DNA from: an uncultured Ignavibacteriaceae bacterium
GTDB taxonomy: Bacteria > Bacteroidota > Ignavibacteria > Ignavibacteriales > Ignavibacteriaceae
Assembly (NCBI GenBank): GCA_964412105.1
Contig: CAYPNM010000006.1
Location: 28,233 to 92,232 of the forward strand
DNA: 64,000 nt
Direction of reading: 5' to 3'
In this document: piece after piece, positions 57,159 to 64,000 of the stretch
Layout of the letters: every line of letters begins with the position of its first letter
How positions within the stretch are numbered: the stretch's first letter is position 1
Translations under genes and position numbers: made by a program
Notes under the pieces: model-generated
Database searches by the model: none
What the model saw: the letters and a program-made list of their open reading frames with translations, nothing else
Told to the model about the DNA's origin: nothing

Positions 57159-59753
57159 CTATGCTCCAAGATTAATTTGTTTTATAGCTGTCTGAACGTA
57201 GTAAATTACCATATCATTAATCTGGAAGTAAAATAATAAACCACCCAAGATTAAAAGTATGATAAGGATGCTATAAAAATAAACGCTTCCTGCATTCACA
57301 TCAAAGATTACATAAATCCCTTTAATAAGTCTGTATAAAATCCAGACTTTAAATACTATGATTCCCCAATAGATATAAATATTTGCAATTTCAGCATTAA
57401 GTATTCTATAAAGAATTATTCCTACAGGTATAAGCAGTACGAGTGGGATAAATGCCCAAACGACGCTATAAAAAACACTTGATAAATAAACACGCGTTTT
57501 AACAAAAAAGGATGCGGCCTTAATCAGAATTGTCAGGAAAGCTATTATTGCCATGAATATCAATGTTAACCACAATAGTGAAGCAACTGGATGCCAAGCA
57601 AAGTAGCTTATATATTTTATCAGTGAATGGCTTCCAAAAGCAAGCACTATTCTTTCAATGGCAACATCTTGTCTAATATATGATAACAAATTGGCTGTAA
57701 TTAAGGCTCCCACTGCAGCAATAATAATTGCAAGCATTACCGATTGATAGCTGGAAATAATTCTTTGATCCCTGACATCTGAGAAGAAGTTATAAGGTCT
57801 TAGTAAAGCACGCGTCGCATCTTCCCTGAATTTCTTGCCTGAGTTTACCAGCACACCCATCAGCACAGCAAGCAAGAGACCGAATAAAATAAACGAAATT
57901 GGTGCGTTGTCTTTTCTAGTACCGATTGGGATTGTTACTTTTTCATTGTTATGAAGTTTTGAATAAAGTACTTTATAAGCAAGTCGGTCGGTACTTCGGT
58001 TTTCGTCACAAATACCTATCCTATAAAGGTTATTACTTTGGTAACCTGCTATTATTGAAGCATACTCTCCTCTATAATCAAACATTGAATTAATGAAAAA
58101 CCCAGAGAGCTTATTGCTATTAGCATAATCCAGCAGGTCTTCATAATATTTTGCCTGTGCTTCAAAAGAACCCGGATTCAAATAGCCGTCACTGTTCCCA
58201 GAATTTACAAGATAGGTAGCCTCGCTAATGAAAACTTTTCCTTTACCTAAATTTTCTTGTAATAATTTTAAGCCTTCAGATTCACTTTTTACTGATTTAT
58301 TTAAAAGTTCAGTCCCATAAAAGTCCAGGTTTTCTATTTCAGGAATTTTTAATCCAATGAAAGAAGCATATATCAGTGAATTAGTTCTCTTTTTTGCAAA
58401 CTCTGATATATTCTTAAGGTAAGAAATTTGATCATCTGAGTCTGTTAAGTAAGATCCACCCAGTCCTATTCCTGCTATCGAATAAGCGCTATAGGCGTTT
58501 ATAAAATTTGAGAGATAGTTTTTACTTCTTAAAACAAAATCAGGATCAACGGCTAGTTTTTCAGGTAAACCGTTAAGAGGAATTTCTATAAAGGCAAGAA
58601 GCCCGTATTTTTCACAAAGATATAAATAATATGGATGAGGAATTGATTTAGCAAACCTTACAGAGTTAAAACCGAGTTCTTTTATCGTTTTTATATCTTT
58701 TTCCATATCGTTATATGAAAAAAGGTCACCGTAGCTATGATTAGAGGGAATGTATGTAACACCGCTCAGGGTAAAATCCTCGCCGTTTAATTTCAGGCTT
58801 TCTTTATCGGTCCTTAATGTATATACAGCAAATTTTCTTTCAACGACATCAATCAAAGTTTTGTCTTTCCATAACTCCAATCTAAGAGTATAAAGTCTCG
58901 GCATATCAGGACTCCACATTACCGGATAAGCTAATTCGACATTCTGATTAATATGAATTTTCTTATTCCTTCTTAATGAAAAGGAAAAATCAGCGGGGCT
59001 TTGATTAGTTAAGCCGTCCGGAGAACTGACTTTCGATTTTACTCTCAGGTTATTGATTGTAGATAAAGTGTCAGTTGGAGTGTGAAATTCCTGATTAGAA
59101 ACTTCTGCAAGAATTAAGACATTTACTTTTCCTGTTTTTGGATTAACGGAATCACTAGTTGAGAAATTTATGAATGAAATGTTGGGTCTTGATTTAATAA
59201 ATACATCTCTAAAGATCCCGCCAAAATCTTTTGGGAAAAGGAATCGCTGTTTTAATGGAATTGTGTTTTCTGAATCGAGTTTATATTTTACTTTTACTGA
59301 AAGAATATTATCCCTGTCTGTATGCAGGATATCTCTCGGTAAATCGAAAGCAAAAGGGTACTCTCCTCCTGTATGAGTATAAATGATTTTTCCATTAATT
59401 GATATATCTGCGGAATAGTTAACTCCTAAAAATACCAGGCTAAGCTGATGGCCTTCTAAATCGAATTGGGATAATGAAAAATTTCTTTCAAAAACCAGTT
59501 CTCCATTTCCCTCAAAAACTGATGGAATGTTTACAGTAATTTTTTTTTTATCAGGATCGTTGGCTTTATATACCTGCCAGGCGCCATTTAGTGGAATTAT
59601 TTTTCTATACTGATTAGTTTCGAAAAATGAGCTGTCAGCTATATTCATTTTATAGCCCGGAAGTTCGTGGAAAACTATCTGCGCTTGTGGAGATATTGTT
59701 AGGATGATTAATATTATAAGTGTTAATAGGCTAAATTTTCTGGGAAAGATCAT
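57159..59753 (-). CDS. GH2-like ectodomain fused to a C-terminal 6-TM domain
   Basis: Signal peptide, GH2 N-terminal sugar-binding pattern (LNGAWQV.., VFLGVNYSADISINGKIIYTHTGGEYPFAFDL), and TIM-barrel pattern (NSVRFAKSIPHPYYLYLCEKYGLLAFIEIP). From about residue 620 there are six hydrophobic helices. Confidence 0.7.
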   Translation of the reverse strand: MIFPRKFSLLTLIILIILTISPQAQIVFHELPGYKMNIADSSFFETNQYRKIIPLNGAWQVYKANDPDKKKITVNIPSVFEGNGELVFERNFSLSQFDLEGHQLSLVFLGVNYSADISINGKIIYTHTGGEYPFAFDLPRDILHTDRDNILSVKVKYKLDSENTIPLKQRFLFPKDFGGIFRDVFIKSRPNISFINFSTSDSVNPKTGKVNVLILAEVSNQEFHTPTDTLSTINNLRVKSKVSSPDGLTNQSPADFSFSLRRNKKIHINQNVELAYPVMWSPDMPRLYTLRLELWKDKTLIDVVERKFAVYTLRTDKESLKLNGEDFTLSGVTYIPSNHSYGDLFSYNDMEKDIKTIKELGFNSVRFAKSIPHPYYLYLCEKYGLLAFIEIPLNGLPEKLAVDPDFVLRSKNYLSNFINAYSAYSIAGIGLGGSYLTDSDDQISYLKNISEFAKKRTNSLIYASFIGLKIPEIENLDFYGTELLNKSVKSESEGLKLLQENLGKGKVFISEATYLVNSGNSDGYLNPGSFEAQAKYYEDLLDYANSNKLSGFFINSMFDYRGEYASIIAGYQSNNLYRIGICDENRSTDRLAYKVLYSKLHNNEKVTIPIGTRKDNAPISFILFGLLLAVLMGVLVNSGKKFREDATRALLRPYNFFSDVRDQRIISSYQSVMLAIIIAAVGALITANLLSYIRQDVAIERIVLAFGSHSLIKYISYFAWHPVASLLWLTLIFMAIIAFLTILIKAASFFVKTRVYLSSVFYSVVWAFIPLVLLIPVGIILYRILNAEIANIYIYWGIIVFKVWILYRLIKGIYVIFDVNAGSVYFYSILIILLILGGLLFYFQINDMVIYYVQTAIKQINLGA

Positions 59754-59891
59754 CCGAAATTTGTGTCCTCATTGGTAGAAATTAAGCCGATAAATATACT
59801 AAAGAAAGGAGGCGAAATCAATGGAAATTTTGGGCATTATGGAGCTGAACTGCTAAACTTTTGATCCTGTAACTTATTTAATTAAATATAA

Positions 59892-60647
59892 TTAAGCTGA
59901 TTTTATTATTTTTAAGAAGGAATCTGCTTCAAGGCAGGCACCGCCAACCAGAGCCCCATCAATATCACTTTGAGACAGTAATTCAGCGGCATTATCAGGT
60001 TTAACGCTGCCACCGTATTGGATAATTAATTTCTCTGCCGTATCATCACCGAAAATGTTATTAATCAATTGCCTAACATAGACGTGCACTTCCTGAGCCT
60101 GTTGGGGGGTAGCTGTAACACCTGTGCCGATTGCCCAAACCGGCTCATAAGCTATAATAATTTTTTCCATCTCGCCTGTTGAAACGTGCTGAAGACCATC
60201 AGTTACCTGTCGTTTTATTACATCGTTCATTGTACCACTTTCTCTTTGCTGAAGTGTTTCGCCTATACAGAAGATTGGCCTAAGTCCTGAACCAAGAGCT
60301 TTTTTAATTTTCTTATTTATCATTTCATCAGATTCACTAAAGATAGCCCTTCTTTCGGAGTGGCCAAGAATAACGTATTCACATCCCACGCTCTTTAGCA
60401 TTGCAGCTGATACTTCGCCTGTGAAGGCTCCTTTGTCTTCATAGTGCATATTCTGTGCACCAAGTTTTACTTTTGTATTTTTTACCAAACCGGCAGCTTC
60501 ACTGAGAGAGGTGAAGGGAGGACAGATAATAATATCACAATTAACATCTTCTTTTCTTAGTTCGTTAATTAATTTTGAAATCAGGTTTTGAGATTCGCTG
60601 AGATCTTTATGCATTTTCCAATTGCCGGCGATAACTTTTCTGCGCAT
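59892..60647 (-). CDS. tpiA: triose-phosphate isomerase
   Basis: IAGNWKMH, ILGHSERR, AYEPVWAIGTG. Confidence 0.95.
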   Translation of the reverse strand: MRRKVIAGNWKMHKDLSESQNLISKLINELRKEDVNCDIIICPPFTSLSEAAGLVKNTKVKLGAQNMHYEDKGAFTGEVSAAMLKSVGCEYVILGHSERRAIFSESDEMINKKIKKALGSGLRPIFCIGETLQQRESGTMNDVIKRQVTDGLQHVSTGEMEKIIIAYEPVWAIGTGVTATPQQAQEVHVYVRQLINNIFGDDTAEKLIIQYGGSVKPDNAAELLSQSDIDGALVGGACLEADSFLKIIKSA

Positions 60648-60796
60648 TGTTATTTCTCCGAAAGATAGTTAAATGTAATAATGAAATTTACTAAATGAGT
60701 TTCATTGCTACAATTTCTATATATATAAAAATAATTTGCCCTTCATTCTGTTTATAGCGATTATTAATATTGGATTAATATTCATGATCTTGTAGA

Positions 60797-61948
60797 ATGA
60801 AAAAGATTCCTCGTCAGGTAAAAATACTCGGACTAATCAGCTTATTCACCGATATGGCAAGCGAAATGCTATACCCAATTACACCGATATTTTTAACTGC
60901 TGTGCTCGGTTCATCGATGGCAGTAGTTGGATTAATTGAGGGACTGGCTGAAGTTACAGCAGGATTTTTTAAGGGTTATTTCGGAAAATTATCTGACAAA
61001 CTTGGGCGACGGTCAATATTTGTAAGAATTGGATATAGTCTTTCTGCACTTACCAAACCACTGCCGGGAATTTTTCCTCATATATCAACTGTGCTATTTG
61101 CCAGAGTTACGGATAGAGTAGGCAAGGGAATCAGAACTGCTCCGCGCGATGCTTTGCTGGCAAGTTATTCTGAAAATAATTCTGGGGCTATATTCGGGTT
61201 TCATCGTGGAATGGATACGCTAGGAGCGGCGCTTGGGCCAGTTTGCGCTTTAATACTTCTTCATTTTTATCCAGAAAATTACATCTTAATTTTTCTTGTG
61301 GCCTTTATTCCTTCATTTGTAGCAGTTGCTTTTACTATCCCAGTCAAAGATAGACCATTGGAGATTAAAGCAAATGAGAAAAGGGATTATAAATCCTTCT
61401 GGTCATCTGCATCGCCACAGTATAAAAACCTAATTTTTCTCTTTACAATTTTTTCCCTAGTGAATAGTAGTGATGTTTTCCTGATTCTCAAATCAAAGAA
61501 TATTGCCGGCTCTGCAACTCAGGCAATCTTGGGATATATATTTTATAATTTGATTTATGCTTCAGCATCATATCCGATTGGAAGGATTTCTGATAAATTC
61601 GGCAAGAGAAATATTTTTATAATCGGACTTTTAATTTTTTCATTGGTTTATTTCGGATTTGCTACAACATCACATGAAATTATCATCTGGCTTTTATTTG
61701 CACTTTATGGAATTTATGCTGCTGCTACTGAAGGTATTGCAAAAGCGTGGGTATCTGATTTAATCCCTGATCAAAGAAGAGGAACAGCTATTGGTTTGCT
61801 GACAATGATTTCAAGCTTTGCAATTATGGCGGGATCCATGATAACAGGAATACTCTGGGATCAATTCGGTTCGCAAGTTCCATTCTTTCTTTCTTCCGGT
61901 ATAAGTCTTATTATAGTAATACTATTCTTTATCTTTAAAACCCAGTAG
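60797..61948 (+). CDS. MFS transporter
   Basis: 383 aa with about 12 TM helices. GKLSDKLGRR and GRISDKFGKR loop motifs sit in the two halves. Confidence 0.8.
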   Translation: MKKIPRQVKILGLISLFTDMASEMLYPITPIFLTAVLGSSMAVVGLIEGLAEVTAGFFKGYFGKLSDKLGRRSIFVRIGYSLSALTKPLPGIFPHISTVLFARVTDRVGKGIRTAPRDALLASYSENNSGAIFGFHRGMDTLGAALGPVCALILLHFYPENYILIFLVAFIPSFVAVAFTIPVKDRPLEIKANEKRDYKSFWSSASPQYKNLIFLFTIFSLVNSSDVFLILKSKNIAGSATQAILGYIFYNLIYASASYPIGRISDKFGKRNIFIIGLLIFSLVYFGFATTSHEIIIWLLFALYGIYAAATEGIAKAWVSDLIPDQRRGTAIGLLTMISSFAIMAGSMITGILWDQFGSQVPFFLSSGISLIIVILFFIFKTQ

Positions 61949-62062
61949 ATTCTTGCCTATAATAAGCAATAAAATAAGCACTTATAGTCATTATTGCCTT
62001 TTCAGTGGCTTCATTGTGAAGAGCGATTTTGTTATTTTAATGTTTTATCTTCGGACAATGAA

Positions 62063-62761
62063 ATGGGCATAAAAAAGGAAATAGCTGTTATTGCTGTTAG
62101 TGGTGGAATGGATAGCTGTGTAACGGCTGCGATTGCAAATGAAAAATTTGAACTTGCTTTTGCTCATATAAATTACGGGCAAAGGACAGAAAAGAGAGAA
62201 TTAAAATCCTTTAATAAAATTGCTGATTTTTATAAAGTAAAAAATAGACTGATAATTGATTTTACTCATTTATCAGCAATTGGTGGTTCATCATTAACAG
62301 ATAAAAATATTAAAGTAACGAAAGCCGACCTGACCAGTAAAGAGATACCTTCTTCATATGTCCCATTCAGGAATGCGAATATTCTTTCCGCCTGCGCAAG
62401 CTGGGCAGAGGTTTTAAACGCCTCAAAAATTTTTATAGGAGCAGTATATGAAGATTCATCCGGCTACCCGGATTGCCGGCCAGTTTTTTTTTCTGCTTTT
62501 GAAAAAATGATACAGGAAGGGACCAGACCCGGTACAAAAATCAAAATTGAAACCCCTATAATTAATCTTTCAAAAGCTGAGATTGTTAAAAAAGGAATTG
62601 AACTTAATGCGCCACTTGAATTGACATGGTCGTGTTATCAAAATGAAGATGAAGCTTGCGGAGAATGCGATAGTTGTGCATTACGTTTAAGAGCGTTTCA
62701 AGAAGCAGGGATTGAAGATCCTATACCTTATAAAATGAGGCCAGTTTATAAGTACAAATAA
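62063..62761 (+). CDS. queC: 7-cyano-7-deazaguanine synthase
   Basis: VSGGMDS PP-loop and a C-terminal CGECDSCALR zinc site. I prefer the ATG at 62063 to the TTG at 61994, whose 23-codon extension has no QueC counterpart. Confidence 0.9.
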   Translation: MGIKKEIAVIAVSGGMDSCVTAAIANEKFELAFAHINYGQRTEKRELKSFNKIADFYKVKNRLIIDFTHLSAIGGSSLTDKNIKVTKADLTSKEIPSSYVPFRNANILSACASWAEVLNASKIFIGAVYEDSSGYPDCRPVFFSAFEKMIQEGTRPGTKIKIETPIINLSKAEIVKKGIELNAPLELTWSCYQNEDEACGECDSCALRLRAFQEAGIEDPIPYKMRPVYKYK

Positions 62762-62792
62762 TTCTAAATTCTAAATTTAGACTGAGGTTATA

Positions 62793-63149
62793 GTGAACGA
62801 AAAAATAAAATTGCTAGAAGTGTTTGATAATGCATATCCCAACAGAGACTATTTGGTCATTCACGAATTCCCCGAATTTACATCTGTCTGCCCCAAAACG
62901 GGGCAGCCGGATTTTGCAAAGCTCACTATAAAATATATTCCTGATAAATTATGCATTGAACTTAAATCTTTAAAATTCTATTTGAATTCTTACAGGAATG
63001 ATGGAATCTATTTTGAAAGTGTAACAAATAAGATTCTTGACGATCTGGTAGAAGCTTGTCATCCACGACACATGGCAATTAAAGCAGAATTTAATGTAAG
63101 AGGGGGAATTGGTTCAACAGTAGAGGTTGAATATAAGGGCAAAAATTAA
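62793..63149 (+). CDS. queF: NADPH-dependent preQ0 reductase (unimodular type)
   Basis: FTSVCPKTGQPDFA (catalytic Cys) and the ELKSLKFYL QueF motif. GTG start. Confidence 0.9.
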   Translation: MNEKIKLLEVFDNAYPNRDYLVIHEFPEFTSVCPKTGQPDFAKLTIKYIPDKLCIELKSLKFYLNSYRNDGIYFESVTNKILDDLVEACHPRHMAIKAEFNVRGGIGSTVEVEYKGKN

Positions 63150-63170
63150 TTAAAAAGACAACATAAAATT

Positions 63171-64000
63171 ATGTCCGTCACTTTAACAGCTAAAAAAGAA
63201 TTTATTAAAAATAGAAGTGCTATTTTTAATGATAGAGACCTGTGGCTTCAGCCGTTTAAATTTAGTATGGCATATAGCCTTCTGGTAGAAGAGCATATTC
63301 GTTTACTTGCAGGTAATAAAAAATACAATTTTGCAATTACTTCTGCCGGCAGTTTCAGCAGGCGCGAGCTTTCACCGTTTTCCGATATAGACATTATTTT
63401 TATTACTGATTCCATTGACGGCAATGAAGAAGATATTGCAGAACTTGTTAAGAATTTCTGGGATAATGGAATAGAAGCATCGCATACTGTAAGAGAGTTT
63501 TCAGATATTAAAAAGTATTTGAAAAGCGATCTCCATACATTTACTCAATTCTTTGAAACAAGATTGTTACTCGGTTCAGATAAAATTTACAATGATTGGA
63601 ACTCTCTTCTTTTTGATTCAATAACTGAAAACGTCAAAGTTGCATTGTTCAGAGAATTGGCAAGCGAAATAACTGACAGGTATAATAAATATGGTGCTTC
63701 ATCAAAAACACTCGAACCGAACATAAAGCTTTCGGCAGGAGGCTTAAGGGATTTTCAGGAAATTGAATGGATGTATATTCTTAAAAACAAAACTTTGCTC
63801 AATAAACAAAATGAGATTACGCAGGCCGAGAGTTTTGTGGAAAGATTAAAAAAACAAAAAGTTACAAGTGTAAAGGAATGTAATCGTTTGCTCGAAAGTT
63901 ACAGATTACTACTTGGTGTGAGAAACCTTCTTCATGTCCTTGCCGAACAGAAAAATGATCGGCTCGAATTTACTATGCAGCAGAAAATCTCGGAAGTATA
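63171..64000 (+). CDS. 5' part of a GlnD-like nucleotidyltransferase ([protein-PII] uridylyltransferase family), truncated by the window edge
   Basis: Open frame from the ATG at 63171 to the window end. SAGSFSRRELSPFSDIDIIFI nucleotidyltransferase motif and LSAGGLRDFQEIEW. Confidence 0.7.
   Translation, partial: MSVTLTAKKEFIKNRSAIFNDRDLWLQPFKFSMAYSLLVEEHIRLLAGNKKYNFAITSAGSFSRRELSPFSDIDIIFITDSIDGNEEDIAELVKNFWDNGIEASHTVREFSDIKKYLKSDLHTFTQFFETRLLLGSDKIYNDWNSLLFDSITENVKVALFRELASEITDRYNKYGASSKTLEPNIKLSAGGLRDFQEIEWMYILKNKTLLNKQNEITQAESFVERLKKQKVTSVKECNRLLESYRLLLGVRNLLHVLAEQKNDRLEFTMQQKISEV

Noticed and set aside
61949-62062. A preQ1 riboswitch upstream of queC-queF.
   Set aside because: I could not find the conserved preQ1-I/II core sequences or a convincing small pseudoknot-forming hairpin followed by an A-rich tail. 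An Infernal scan would be needed to be certain.
1-64000. A search for tRNA, rRNA, CRISPR, transposase/integrase, phage or toxin-antitoxin modules.
   Set aside because: I found no tRNA T-arm/acceptor-like sequences, rRNA segments, spacer-repeat arrays or recombinase motifs by eye. The only GGTTCGGAAT-like string (15193-15202) is part of the REP-like hairpin. A tRNAscan/Infernal run would be the definitive check.

Overview
This is an AT-rich bacterial chromosomal window that is almost entirely coding, with about 55 protein genes, most on the minus strand. I saw no rRNA, tRNA, CRISPR array, transposase or integrase. Two proteins end in Por/T9SS C-terminal sorting domains and Shine-Dalgarno sites are used, which suggests an Ignavibacteria/Bacteroidota-group (FCB) organism; this taxon call is inference only.

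Content from left to right:
- OmpA tail, hemerythrin-like protein, M13 peptidase, an SdpR/SdpI pair and an NmrA-like protein.
- A cytochrome c maturation module: cytochrome c, CcmF, and a zinc-ribbon/CcmH fusion.
- A CusCBA-type Cu/Ag efflux operon with four unusual accessory genes: a Cys-rich HYC_CC_PP-like protein, a PII-like protein, a stand-alone CPxCGM metal-binding protein and a roughly 28% methionine secreted protein.
- A T9SS subtilase.
- A Wzx-type polysaccharide cluster.
- nadK.
- A tight 4-gene operon of two Ddl-like ATP-grasp ligases, a short GNAT and lysine 2,3-aminomutase.
- recG, dgt, gpsA-plsY, ispD-queA and ppdK.
- A gap-free string running from a GH2-like membrane fusion through smc, a T9SS cargo protein, HAD and ICMT genes to lpxB, a DUF374 gene and lpxK.
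- tpiA, an MFS transporter, queC-queF and a truncated GlnD-like gene.

The best candidate for an undescribed system is the KamA/GNAT/2x ATP-grasp operon (32632-36377), predicted to make a beta-lysine-containing conjugate. It matches none of the KamA contexts I know. The second candidate is the decorated Cu/Ag efflux island (10396-18631). All functional calls rest on motifs read by eye from the translations; no database search was run.
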